Source: Pristiophorus japonicus
Taxonomy: Eukaryota
Direction of reading: 5' to 3'
DNA length: 64,000 nt
Assembly: GCF_044704955.1 (NCBI RefSeq)
Contig: NC_091985.1
Coordinates: 225,866,001 to 225,930,000 of the forward strand
A program made the translations under genes and the position numbers. The notes under the pieces are model-generated. The model worked only from the letters and a program-made list of their open reading frames with translations. It was not told where the DNA came from and did no database searches. Of the stretch, positions 26,288 through 39,161 are shown one piece after another (positions within the stretch are counted from its first letter, which is position 1; the number at the start of each line of letters is the position of its first letter).

Positions 26288-29200
26288 AACATACAAAAAT
26301 ACGAACAATGACGGACAGGTAAAGACTATCTGGTCCATCAAGCCTGATCCACACAATTGTGGTACTTTGTGTACCACAACATATACACTCCACACCACCC
26401 GAAACTATGTGATCACCTGGGAAAGGCAAAAAAAAAAATTAAAAACCCAGGCCAATTTGGGGGAATAAAAATCTGGGAAATTCCTCTCTGACCCATCTAG
26501 GTGATCAAAACTAGTCCAGGAAATCACGTAATTCCCGGCAGTACCTACCTTCTGTAAGAGATGATCTCCGCCGCAGACAGAAACAAATCCAGCTTTTGCC
26601 TGAAGAAATTCAGTGGGTCTGCATCCACCACATGAAATAGCAGCTTGTTCCAGAGGTCTGCTATTTTCTGTGAAAAGAATCACCTCCTGACATCTAACCT
26701 AGATCTAGCCCTGTAACAACTTAAATTTGTGCCCCCTGGTCTTGCCTAACTTATTTAATGGAAATAAACTGTCAGCTGGAACACTGTCTATTCCCTTCAT
26801 TATCTTATAAACCTCAATCATATCCCCCCAAAGTCTAGGCTGCTCTAAGGTAAAGAGTCCCAACTCTTTTATTATATCTTGATAACTAAGAAGCTTTAGA
26901 CTTGGAATTAGTCTCGTGACCTTCTTCTGCACCCTTTCCTGAGCCTCAATATCACTCACCGTGTGAGGCGACCAAAACTGGACACAGTATTCCAAGTGTG
27001 GCCTGACTAAGGTCTTGTACAAGGACAAAGCAGTACGCCTCGTCTTATACTCCATTGTCCTATGGATACACCCCAACACCCTATTTGCTCCAGCTATCGC
27101 TGCACGGCATTGCTTGTGTACCTTTAAGGATGTATGCACTAGAATGCCCAAATCTCTTTCTATCTCCACCATCTTTAATACCTTTCCCTGGAGAGAGTAT
27201 GAATGTTGAGCATTTGCCCTGCCCACATGTTTAACACTGCACTTATCTAAGTTATACATTATTTTCCAGTCTTGAGCCCAGTATCCCAACACATTAAGAT
27301 CTGCCTGAATCAGACGAGCCTCTTCTACAGTTCTAGCACTTGCACAGATCTTGGTATCATCTGCAAATTGTACCGCCAACTTCTGAATCCAGATCATTAT
27401 TAAATTAGTAAAAAGCAACGGTCCCAACACTGATCCCTGTGGGACACCACTGGTAACCAGTCTCCAAAAAGATCCAGATCCATCTATAAATACTCTTTGC
27501 CTGCATCCCTGCAAGCCAGTTCTGAATCCAGCTCAATATATTTCCACTAATACCAGAGGCTCCGATCTTATAGAGAAGCCTCTTTGTGCAGTACCTTGTC
27601 AAAAGCTTTTTGGAAATCTGAGTAGATAATGTCTACTGGGCTTCCCTCATCCACCAACTTTGTATATTTTTCAAAAAATACAATTAGATCTGTGAGAGAT
27701 TACCTCTTTTTTTGATGACGGCATGTTGGGTGTCCCTAATATGTTCTTCTCTATCCAAGTATTCATATATTGCATCCCTTATGATTCTTTCAAGCATCTT
27801 ACCAATTACTGATGTTATACTGATGGGCTTATAGTTACCCGGGTCTGCCTTGTCACCTTTTTAAAAAATGGAGACTACATTAGCCTGCTTCCTATCTGTA
27901 GGAACCATTCCAGAGTGCAGTGAGCTATTAAAAATACAGGCCAGGGGCTCGCACAGTACATGTCCCATCTCCCGGAGGATCCTTGGGTGGATATCGTCCG
28001 GCCCTGCTGCTCTATCTATTTTTAAGTTCTTAATTCTTTCTAAAACAATATGCTTATCTATGTTAATGTTACTGATAAAACTAGTATTATTAAATTATAA
28101 TATTCGAGCATTGTCTTCAAAGTGAAGACTGATGCAAAGTACTAATTTAATATTTCCATCATACTCAGTGAGTCATTTGTAACCTCTTCTTGTACACCCT
28201 TCAGGGGCCCAGTGCAGTCTTTGATCGTTCCCTGATTCTTTGCATAACTAAAAAAAACTCTTTCCATTACTGCCACAGTTGTCTACAATCCTTTTTTCCA
28301 TTAGCCTTTTTGCTGATCTAATAGCAGCCTTAGTTTTCTTTAGTAGTACTTTGTATTCAACCCTGTTTATTTGAGTGTTAAATGTCTTTAATTTATAGAA
28401 ACATTTCTGTTCACATCTTATTTGTCTTTGTACATAGCCTGTTAGCCACCTGGGCTTTTTCTTACCATATTTCCTTCTTTTGATTTTGAGTGCATGTTTG
28501 TTTTCCACATTTCTAAACATATTCTTAAAAACTTTCCATTTATATTCCACATCGGTCGCATCACCACCGAGGAGGGTTAGTCAACTTACCCGTCCCAAAT
28601 CATTTGCCATTTTGGAGGAGTTTGCTCTTCTGAAAGCAGGTATGAGTTGCAGGTTCTCAGTACCTTTAGTTCTACTAGCCAGTTGGAACTGTATAATGTT
28701 GTGATCACTGTTGCCCAGATGTTCCCCCATACGGAGTCCTGATATGAGGTCAGGCTCACTACTCAACGCCAGATCCAAATATATGATTTCCCCCAGTTAC
28801 TTCATTAACATGTTGAGTCAGGAAACAGTTTTGTATATTTTCAATACATTTTTCAGCTGCACTTCCCACCACAGCAGCAGGTAAACCACGGTACCATTGA
28901 ATGCCAGAAAAATTAAAATCACCCACCAAACAAAGGTGGCATTTTATATTAAAAGTATCAATGATATTTTTCCATAATAACTCATCACGTTCAAGTGTCT
29001 GACCCGGGAGCCTATAACAATTACCGATAATGAATCACCGCCCGTGAGCTTGGTCCACTTGAACCCAGATAGCTTCAGCTGTACCTGATGAGGCAATATC
29101 TCGAGCTGTTAAATTCTTATGGATAAAAATAGCAACCCCACCTCCCCTTTGACCAACTTATCCTTTCTGAAACCCTTGTAGCCCTTTAGGTGAATTTCTG

Positions 29201-30064
29201 TGCCATCATTGTCATCTAGCTATGTCTCAGAAATACACAATATAATGTCTAAATTCTCCAACACAGCACAGGATTGCAATTCTAACAATGTGCTTCTAAC
29301 GCCCCTTGCATTTACATGAAAGCAACTTAAAGGTCTCCCATCTATTTCTTAAAGTTATTAATTTTTGTTTGCTTCCAACCTGATTCATGTTCACGCTTAG
29401 CATCTATGTAAATATCATGTGCAGTAAGGCTAACTTTGAACTTATCTACACTGGCCCCTAGCTGAGTTTGTTTAAATGCTTTCTGAAAGCATACTTAACA
29501 CCCTATGCCAGCCTTTTTGCTCTCAGGAAGTTTAGATGGAGGCCGTCCCTCCTAAACAACTGACCTTGTCCAGCGAACGCCTCCCAATTATCGATGAAGT
29601 GAAGCTTTTTGCAGAGGTCTCAAAGCCAGATGTTGAATCCCACGATTCGGCTAATCATTCACTCTCCATCGATCTGGACATGACTGGTAATAGCCTGGAG
29701 ACTACTAACCTTTGCACCCCTTTGCTGAAGGGCATTAATGTGGCTTTTGTAGGAATCCTACAAAACAAGTGGACTTCTATCCATAATATCGTTCGTTCCA
29801 ATATGTAAACCTACTACAGTATCTTTACACTCATCTTTCATCAGTTCATCCACAAGATCAGCCACCTTGGTCCCTGGAAAACAGAAGACTGTTCTCGACT
29901 GAACCTTACCTCTACATAGGGTTTTTTCTGTGTCCCTGATGATAGAGTCCCCAATGGGGATTGCCCGTTGTCTCTTGCTCTTCCTTGGCTGTTCAAACAA
30001 CGTCCTCCTGGACTTTGAAGCCTTCCCCTTACCTCTTCCAAGATGCTGATATGAGCAATGAGGT
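26288..30064 (-). mobile_element. Divergent AT-rich CR1 LINE with esterase ORF1 remnant, endonuclease and RT
   Basis: IGDSIIRD, FPGTKV and HIGTND (29758-30050). LGNSDHN (28700). GVPQGSVLGP, FADD and RPHLEYC (26705-27514). Distinct long 3' UTR. Confidence 0.85.
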
Positions 30065-31324
30065 TCGGTGTCTTGAAGCCAGCTAACTATCCATTCTGCT
30101 ACTTGTCCCCCAACCTCGTATTCTCTGATCTTGTTCATCAGTCTATTAAGGGATACCTTACAGAAGAATCCTTATGAAAATCCAGACAAAACCACATCTA
30201 CTGCATTACTATTGTCTACTTTCTGTTACCTCTTTAAAAAAAAATCAAAAATGAGGTTGGTCAAGCAAGATTTTCCTTTTTGAAATCCATGTTGACTATT
30301 CATTACTATATTTTTGGTTTATAGATGTTCTTCTATTTTCTCCTTTAGTAGGGATTCCATTATTTTTCCTACCACTGATGTTAAGCTGACTGGTCTAGAA
30401 TTCCCTTGACATATTCTGTCCCCCTTCTTAAATATAGGTATTATGTTAGCTATATGCCAGTCCTCTGGCATATTTTTCTAACGAATGATTAAATATGTGT
30501 AGTAATGACTCTGATATCTCTTCCCTAGATTCTTTTGAAATGCGTGGATGCAATCCATCCAGACCAGGGGTTTTATCCTCTGAGTTTGATTTGTTTATTT
30601 AATAGATCCCCTCTTTTATTTTAAATGCACTTATCTCATTACTAATCTCATCACCACCTAATCATGTCCACCTATTTTATCTCCTTGGTAAATACTGAAG
30701 CAAAATAATTATTTAATATTTCTGTCATCTATCATTACCGATGGTATTATCCTGTCTATCCCTGAATGGCCCTCTTCCCACCCCAACCTTCCTTTTTATT
30801 GATGTGCCTGTAAAATATTTTACTATTTTGTTTTATGTTCCTTGATCATTTAACTTCATAGTTCCTCTTTGCCTTCCGAATTGTTTTTTTTGAGTTTTCT
30901 CCTAATCTTTTCGTATTCTCCCTCCTCATGCACTCCCCTGCTGTCTATGTACTTAATGTGTGCCTCTTTCCTTACCCTCAATTATTCCCGTATGACTTTA
31001 TTCATCCATGGAGTCTCATTAGTGTTTAGTATGTTCTTTCCTTTTAGCAGAATATATTGTTCCTGCACTCTGTTGAACACCGTTTTAAATGTTTCCCATT
31101 GCTACATTGTTTTTTTTGCCAATATTGTTGCCTGTTTTATTTTCCCAAGTTCTATTCTCAGCCCCTCAAAATCATACTTATGAAAGCGTATTATATTATG
31201 GTCACTTGCCTAGAGGTTCCCCTACTTTTACTTCTCTTATCTGCTCTACTAGATCTAATAGTGAATCATCCTATGTAGTACTTTTTACATATTGGGTTAG
31301 AAAGGAGTCCTGTGGACAATGTAT

Positions 31325-31949
31325 TGTTGTAGGCATTAGGCACCTGCTGAATATATCAAAACACTAGGCATTAGGCACCTGCTGAATATATCTAAACTCA
31401 TATAAGTTTACAGTGGCCACATATAAAATGGCTGCCCAAGCATGATGGGTACTCAGTTAGTCAAGTAATGAACTGGGGCTGACCGAGCAATGATCTAGTG
31501 AGGCCTACTACCAGGAATGCCTTGGATACAAGGTAATTATAACGAACCATTATAGTACACTGGTATAATCAGTGACTTCACACAGCCGAGTCCCGAGGAA
31601 CAGTGATAAGGGGGAACCTGCCTCACATAACAAGGTCATTAATCAGTCCGAGCTGACAAAAACCGAACATACAGCCCCTGAGATATCAGGAGAATTCTAT
31701 TGGGTTAAATAAACCTATATGTAATCTATAACCGGTATGATTGGATTGTGCCCAGCCGAAGTGGGCTGAGTAACTGTAAAGAACTATTGTAAAACATATA
31801 AATATCGATGAGTTTCTTTGTTCGTCAGAGAGAAGTGCCTGGATCCAGTCCTGAAGCTTCCTCCCCGCTAGCGAAAATAAAGGTCGCATTGGCGTTGGAA
31901 CCGACTCTGAGTGTTGAGTGATTCTTCCGAGAAAACATTCACTCTAACA
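31325..31949 (+). mobile_element. Solo LTR, 625 bp, with 4-bp TSD
   Basis: Termini TGTT...AACA. GTAT at 31321-31324 and 31950-31953. TATAAA at ~31797 and AATAAA at ~31876. Confidence 0.85.
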
Positions 31950-32661
31950 GTATGAACTCCATTCCTTATCCCCTTTACCTACCTCTTCTGTCCAATTAAT
32001 ATTAGGGTAGTTGGAATCTCCTATGATTCTTATTCTATGTTTTTTACTCATTTCCCTAATTTGTCTGCATCTTACTTTCTCCACCTCCCTTCCATTGGCA
32101 GGTGGTCTGTGGACTACACCTGTTAGTGTGATGATCCTTTATTATCTTTTATCTCTGTCCAGATGGATTATATTTTTGTCTTGCTGACAGCTGTGTCACT
32201 TTTTTCGACTCCATCTCCTTGTATTTATATTGGAAAATGTCGCTGCCCTATCTAGGGAATTCTGGAAGATCAAACGGAAGACACAAATTATTGGTAAACT
32301 CCTCGAGTCTGTAATATGGGAAAAGTTCATTCTAAACTTGCAAAACAAGGAGAATCGCTATCCCTTTAACTACCACAAACCCCTGTGTGGAGGAGAGGGG
32401 GAGATACAGGGGGAGGAACTGTCACACCCTGTCCAAAAGCAAAATACTGCGGATGCTGGAATCTGGAACAAAAACAGAAAATGCTGGAAATCTCAGGTCA
32501 GGCAGCATCTGTGGAGAGGAAGCTCTCTGTGCTTCCTCGCCACAGATGCTGCCTGACCTGCTGAGATTTCCAGCATTTTCTGTTTTTATTCTAGAGACTC
32601 TGTCCCTTTTTATTGATGAATTTAACAGTCCGTATTAAAATCTTAGCCAGTGGGTTGAGAC

Positions 32662-33500
32662 AATCATCATAGGCAGTCCCTCAAAATCGACAAAGACTTG
32701 CTTCCACTCCAAAAGTGAGTTCTTAGGTGACTGAACAGTCCAATATGGGAACCACAGTCTCTGTCACGGGTGGGACAGACAGATGTTGAAGGAAAGGGAG
32801 GGTGGGACTAATTTGCCGCACGCTCCTTCCGCTGCCTTTTCCTGTTTTCTGCATGCTCTCGGCGACGAGACTCGAGGTGCTCAGCCCCTTCCCGGATGCA
32901 CTTCCTCCACTTAGGGCGGTCTTTGGCCAGGGACTCCCAGGTGACGGTGTGGATGTTGCATTTTATCAAGGAGGCTTTGAGGGTGTCCTTGAAACGTTTC
33001 CTCTGCCCACCTGGGGCTCACTTGCCGTGTTGGAGTTCCGAGTAGAGCGCTTGCTTTGGGAGTCTTGTGTCAGGCATGCAAACAATGTGGCCCGCCCAAC
33101 AGAGCTGGTCGAGTGTGGTCAGTGCTTCGATGCTGGGGACGTTGGCCTGATCGAGGACACTAACATTGGTGCATCTGTCCTCCCAGGGGATTTGCAGGAT
33201 CTTGCGGAGACATTGTTGGTATTTCTCCAGCAACTTGAGGTGTCTACTGTACATGGTCCACGTCTCTGAGCCATACAGGAGGGTGGGTATTACTACAGCC
33301 CTGTACACCTTGAGCTTGGTGGCAGATTTGAGGGCCTGATCTTCGAAAGCTCTTTTCCTCAGGCGGCCGAAGGCTGCGCTGGCGCACTGGAGGCAATGTT
33401 GAACCTCGTCGTCGATGTCTGCCCTTGCTGCTCCCGAGGCATGGAAAGTGGTCCACGTTGTCCAGGGCCACGCTGTGGATCTTGATGACTGGGGGGGGGG
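32662..33500 (-). mobile_element. RTE-clade LINE 3' fragment
   Basis: ASAAFGRLRKR, LLYGSETWT and RLPKQALYSEL. Tail GCCTATGATGAT. Confidence 0.85.
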
Positions 33501-33599
33501 GGTCTTGTGTCCAATAAGGGCAATAAAGGCCCACAGCCTCCTCTGGCCCCAGGCCCTGAACAAGGGACTGCACAAAGTCGCGCCCTGCGGGTCACCCAA

Positions 33600-33810
33600 T
33601 CAGCCGATGCAAGCTCCGCCCCTCAGGCTCCCCGATTGATTGGAGGACCCGCCGCCGACTCGCCCCTCCAGCCCCGCCCCACTCGCTCCCCATTGGTCAG
33701 AAGCTCGCGTCAATCAGACCGTGGGCCTGGGTCACATGTCCTTCAAGGGCGCTCTGCCAATCTGTGGAAATTAGGCTCGGGGCCCAGATGGGCAGACTCT
33801 CAGGTTTGGA
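33600..33810 (+). promoter_or_regulatory. Promoter and first exon of the 34173 zinc-finger paralogue (unamplified CCAAT/GC-box module)
   Basis: CCCCGCCCC, ATTGG, GTCACATG and donor CAG|GTTTGG. Reverse-complement homologue of 10520-10660. Confidence 0.65.
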
Positions 33811-34172
33811 TTTCCCTTTATTCTCTCCCCCTCTGATCTCACTTTCCCTCACTGATTGCGGCTGCTAACCAATTTAGCGCAGCAGGTGGGGCGCTTTCTG
33901 GAGCGCGGGGGTTTGTAGGTATTGCAGCCGCCATTGCTGTTGATCCTTTCAACCAATCTGTGCAGCAGCTGGGGCCTGAAAATCAGCTTCACTGACCCAG
34001 GGCTGAGAAAGGGCGACATGAGGCAACATTCTCTCTCTTATCCTTTTTCTAAACTCCTTTTACAGGGTGTTAGAAGTGGAGCATTTACAGACGGGAAGCT
34101 CAGACCAAACATCCCGTCATGATCCGACAGTCGATCGATTCATGAAGACCTGAATACCATCGGCCTTTGCAC

Positions 34173-35175
34173 ATGGAAGGAGAGAGCAGCAATCGCAGCG
34201 CGGACAAACCGCACATGTGTTCCGTGTGTGGGCATGGATTCAGCCGATCGCCCGACCCGGCGAGACACGTGCACCGTCACACCGGGGAGACACCGGGTAA
34301 CGATGGGGCCGGCGGGAAGGGAATCAGTTCCCCGTCTGTGTCGGAAGTTCATCGGCGCAGTCAGACCAGGGACAGTCCGTTCACCTGCTCCGTGTGTGGG
34401 AAGGGATTTGTTTATCCATCCCGTCTGCAGACACACCAGCAAATTCACACTGACGAGAGGCCGTTTAACTGTTCCGACTGTGGGAAGAGCTTTAAAGGCT
34501 CTCGGGAGCTGAAGCAGCACCAGCGCCTCCACACTGGTGAGAGGCTGTTCACTTGCTCCGTGTGTGGGAAGGGGTTCACTGTGTCCTCCACCTTGCTGGT
34601 ACACCAGCAAATTCACACTGATGAGAGGCCGTTTATATGTTCTGACTTTGGGAAGAGCTTTAAAAGCTCCGTGGGTCTGAAGAGACACCAGTGAGTTCAC
34701 ACTGGGGAGAGGCTGTTCACATGTTCTGTGTGTGGGAAGAGTGTTAAGGGCCCTAATAGTCTGATACACCAGTGCTATCACACTGCAGTTGGGCCAAAGC
34801 CTCCCTGATAAAGTGCGACATCCCCACTGACACCTGGGAGTCCCTGGCCATAGACCACCCTAAGTGGAGGAAGTGCATTTGGGAGGGCGGTGAGCTCGTC
34901 GAGTATCGTCACCGAGAGCATGCAGAAAATAAGTGCAGACAGCGGAAGGAGCGTGCGGCAAACCAGTCCCACCCTCCCTTTCCCTCAACGACTATCTGTC
35001 CCACCTGTGACAGAGACTGTGGTTCTTGTATTGGATTGTACAGCCACCTAAGAACTCATGCTAAGAGTGGAAGCAGGTCTTCCTCGATTCCGAGGGACTG
35101 CCTATGATGATGGTGTGGAAAGGTATTCACTAATTCATCCCACCTGTTGAGTCACCAACGAGTTCACCCTGTGCA
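34173..35175 (+). pseudogene. C2H2 zinc-finger paralogue of 5299-6762; premature TGA at 34692 and RTE fragment inserted at ~34773-35112
   Basis: N-terminus nearly identical to the intact gene. Finger sequence continues past the stop and resumes after the RTE tail. Confidence 0.85.
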
Positions 35176-35588
35176 AGGGTGCTGCTGGTAGCTGGGGCAA
35201 CGTGAACAAGGAAAATGTTTTTTAAATTTTGCTCATTAATCTTTCAAACTGTTGAGCTGATGGCTCCCTTCATTTGACCTTTCATGGTATTACATGAAAT
35301 GTACAGCACAGAAACAGGCCATTCAGCCAAACTGGTCCAAGCCGGGGTTTATGCTCCACATGAGCCTTCACCCACCCTACTTCATAAAACCCAATCATCA
35401 TATCCTTCTATTCTTTTTACAGTCTTGTGGCTTCCCCATAAATACATCTATGCTAGTCGCTTCAACTAGTCTTTGTGGTAGTGAGTTCCACATCCTCACC
35501 ACTCTCTGGGCAAAGAGGTTTCTCCTGAATTCCCTACTGGATTTGTTAGTGACTATTTTATATTTATGGCCCGATAAATAGGAGCTTC

Positions 35589-36018
35589 TGTTAAGCTGAG
35601 CAGTATGTTGTTGTACTTGTTCTGATGAATGAAACATTACTAGAGCCCTTGTACCTGTGTTATCGGCTAAAGTGCCAGACATGTAAAGGCACAGCGTCTG
35701 GGTGTGAATCTAATAATACCTTTTGATGTGATAACCAGTCAGGCTTGAGGTTACAGTCTGGTCACAGCTGAACGAAATTCCCCGAATTAGCAGGAGTTCA
35801 GGAGGCAGTCAACAGATGGGTCCAAACAATCCCATTTCCTGAGCGGTAACCAAGCTTGTGTATAAGAACAGGCCACTTAAGCCAGTCAGTTGGAACAGAC
35901 TCGAGAAGATGGCACACGAATCCACTGTACTTTCGTTCTTCGATTGAGGGAATTATCACCCGATCTGTGTTATGCCACGCTCTTAATAAACCCTGGAAAG
36001 AAAATGTTTCTGTGAGCT
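35589..36018 (+). mobile_element. LTR-like element, paralogous copy of 4242-4873
   Basis: Starts TGTTAAGCTGA. Shares CCTGAGCGGTAACCAAGCTTGTGTATA and GAGGGAATTATCACCCGATCTGTGT with the other copy. Confidence 0.55.
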
Positions 36019-36163
36019 TTTAAAATTTGTTCATGGGATGAGGCACGGCCAGCATTTATTGCCCATCCCTAATTGCCCTCGAGAAGTTGGTGAGCAGCAA
36101 ATTTATATTTGAATAAGCTTGTGTGGTGAAACTGCTGTCCCTCTGGCTCTTTGAAAAGCCGCT

Positions 36164-36368
36164 TACTGTGGCCCCTCTCCCAGATTCCAGCTCTCTGCAT
36201 GCTGTGGCACCTCCCAGATTCCAGCCCCAGCTCTGTGCTTGCTGTGGCTCCTCTCCCAGATTCCAACCCCAGCTCTGGGCTCACTGTGGCCCCTCTCCCA
36301 GATTCCAACCCCAGCTCTGGGCTCACTGTGGCCCCTCTCCCAGATTCCAACCCCAGCTCTGGGCTCAC
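36164..36368. repeat. 42-bp minisatellite, ~5 units
   Basis: Unit CACTGTGGCCCCTCTCCCAGATTCCAACCCCAGCTCTGGGCT. Confidence 0.9.
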
Positions 36369-36573
36369 TCAGTTGTTCTCACCTGGGGACTGCATGTCAC
36401 AATCGGCCCCAGCGTGCCTGAGCTCGGCACTAGGCCCCGCCCCCTTGCTGCGCTGCTATTGGTTGGAGGATTCGTTGCCAGCCCATCCCACCCACCTCCA
36501 CCAGGGCTCTTCCTATTGGTCTGAGCTCCCATCAGTCAGGCCAGACAACGAGATCACATGCTGTTGTTCGTCT

Positions 36574-37211
36574 TGTAAGAGAAAATTGGCATTAGGGGTA
36601 TAAGCGAAATAAGGTTTAAAGTGCCGGCTTTTACATTGGCTCAGCAAAAGGGGCAGCTGGTCTGTGGCTGACCTCACATTCTAACATACTCCAGCACCAA
36701 GGACCCAGAGGTCTATGATTCAACATTGATGTATAATTGATGTACCAAAACAGATAACATTAAGGTACGTCCAGTCCGACAAGATAAGACTCTGTGAAAA
36801 GACTCTAAACAGACTTTTAGGCGCTACGTACGATCAGCAAATACTAACCCAATGAGGTCATCCCAGTTAAGGTCTAAAAGTTGCCTTGAGATCTTGGTCT
36901 GTCAATCCAAAATATTACTGATAAGGTAACCCAATTAGAGATCGAAGGAGGTCGTACCGGGGGGGGGGGGGGGGCGAAGGGATCTATGAAATGTACAAAT
37001 GATGTACAATTTTGCTATTCAGGGAATATCTCCAGTCACAGGTGGCTGTGATGCGAAGTGTTCCCGGACGTCCGTAATTAAAGATCGTTATACCTTGCCA
37101 TCCGTCTCCGTCTAATACTTCGAGGGCTGCTACATGGGTTGGGACGAGCGTCGACCCTTTATATCAAAGGGCCCGCTCGTGGGAAGAGAAATCTTCCCAT
37201 TTTCCCCTTCA
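36574..37211 (+). repeat. 5' LTR (638 bp)
   Basis: TGTAAGAG...CCCTTCA, a direct repeat of 46636-47271. Roughly 30 substitutions by manual count (~5%). Confidence 0.95.
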
Positions 37212-37214
37212 ATT

Positions 37215-37232
37215 TGGCGCTGCGAGCCGAGT
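37215..37232 (+). promoter_or_regulatory. Primer-binding site, tRNA-Ser-like; major splice donor GG|GTGAGT follows at ~37273
   Basis: TGGCGCTGCGAGC begins 4 nt after the LTR. It is within one mismatch of the complement of vertebrate tRNA-Ser 3' ends over 13 nt (recalled, not searched). Confidence 0.6.
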
Positions 37233-37669
37233 ACAAGAACTTCCCGAATGGAGCAATGATCCAGCTGTTGGGGTGAGTATGTTTAATTTACCACCTTCGA
37301 GTTAGAGCTGAAGCATTGTAAACCGGGAGGGAAGGACATCTGTGCAAAGAACTATCTGTAGCGGGTCCCGGAGGGACAGAGACAAAGGACAGGGACAATC
37401 TAGGGGTGGGAGGGGGAATAAAAGGCATAATCTGAGACGCGCGAGTGTAGGAAGCACGACAGGGCGAGGGTACGATGCAAGGGAAGACATATGGACGAGA
37501 CCTATTGACCCATGTGGTACGAGCGCACGGTGCAGGGAGGAGACATATTGACCTGGAAGCATGGCAGTACGGCTGTACGACGCCAAGGGGAGACATATAG
37601 ACGACGTCCTGCATCCCAAGCACGAATTAAAGGGAATGCCCAAGATCCCTACGCCTTCCCCAGAATAAG

Positions 37670-39161
37670 ATGGGTAACCCAGCTAGTAAAAAGGCGAATA
37701 AAACCAATGAGGGAGCAGAAATCCAGGCCAGCAAAAAAGAAGAAGAATGTAACTGGGGACCAAAAGGGTCTCTAGTAAATTTGCTGGGCAAAAAATACGC
37801 AACATTAATGGAAGAAATGAAACGGAAAGGGTGGCAGCCCACGGATACCCCGATAGACAGAAAAAATGGTGGAATAGTCAGACCAAACACAAGGTTGAAA
37901 TGGCCCAAGTAATTATCCTTACCTGTTACCAGGAACAGGTAAAAGAAATAGATACCCATACTGAATTGATTCAGGAATTAAAAACTAAAATAACGGAATT
38001 AGAAAAGGCTGCAAAGGAGAATGGACAAACCCTACAGTGCACATCAGCAACACCCGACCCAAAAATAACCCCCCCAAATATACCCCTCCCTGAAAGAGAT
38101 ACAGGCAGGGGAGCCCCAAGATAATAACGGGACCCAGGAAGGGCCCCCAACATATGACAGGTACGTACAGGCAGCTCCCGTACTTACTACCACTCTCCCT
38201 GCACACGGGCAACAACCCGGTCATGTCACCATACAGGAAGTTCCCCTCACCCCACATGAGAGGCAGACACTGCTAAAAGATTTACCCACCCCCAAACCAA
38301 ATAGCAGAAATACAGAATTCCGGCAAAAGGTTGAGGAAATGTTCGATGCACGTAATCTAACCCCGGGAGACGTACACGGTCTGGTGAAGGCCAAAACCGG
38401 TAATGTAAACTGGCAAAGGGCTACCCAAGCCGTGCAAAACGGGGACTGGATGATGATGGGAAACCCGATGCACAGCAGATACTAGACCTCAAGCAGGGGA
38501 TGGATGAATGTTGGGGACCAATAAGAACTAATTGGAGCAAGATATTAAAAGTAATCCAAAAACCAAACGAGGGAATATGGAGAGCGGAAATGGCTTGAGT
38601 ACAAGGACTACTCCGGTGCTAACAACCCCGATAAAGAGGACGCGGCATTTTTAGAAATGTTTAAGGATGGACTGAGGGAGGAGCATCAAAAAATAACTAA
38701 GCTGGGATTCAAGATAGGAGATGATTATGATGAAATCTTAGAATGGGCACAAAACGTGGAGGAATTAAAGGCCGAGCAAAAGGAAAAGGTAGCCAAGATA
38801 GTGGCGGCAGCATTAGTGACAGGAGAAAAGGAAGATAGGGGGGGATCTCTGCGAAGCCCCCTTGACGTGTTACACATGTCATCAGTGCGGGCATTTTAGC
38901 AGAGATTGCCCGCAAAGGGAGGCTGAAAAAGGGACGGATAGACCCAGGTGCCGTAATTGCAACAAACTGGGACACATAGCAAAAAGATGCTGGGCAGGAA
39001 AGGGCCCCCAGCAAACCAGAAAATAGACAGGGACGCCCATCACGCGTGAGGAACTGATGTTTGTCGGAGAATTTCCAACACTGCCAGCCCCATCCCCTAT
39101 GGAGCCCACACCCTCTAACGAGGAGCTCATCAACTTACTTAAATTGGCCAGTACCCGCTAG
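37670..39161 (+). pseudogene. gag: Proviral gag (frameshifted)
   Basis: Starts MGNPAS (MGxxxS myristoylation pattern). Capsid-like MFKDGLREE. Two CCHC knuckles CYTCHQCGHFSRDC and CRNCNKLGHIAKRC (38867-38990). TAG at 39159-39161. Confidence 0.8.

Larger units (their letters stand above)
24378..32150 (-). mobile_element. Old CR1 LINE split by three insertions (CR1 at ~25075-26027, CR1 at ~26288-30064, solo LTR at 31325-31949)
   Basis: ORF2 pieces are colinear across the inserts: ...EWIVSWLQD (30065) | KQGVGLKGSYSQWQ...FADDTKL...EWAYN (26285-26030) | ...GVEEQRDF...LWNSLP-like (25075-24430). Confidence 0.75.

Noticed and set aside
37288-37775. ORFs in the proviral leader as an accessory gene
   Set aside because: Short, mostly non-ATG starts, no motif; cannot be supported from one decayed copy.
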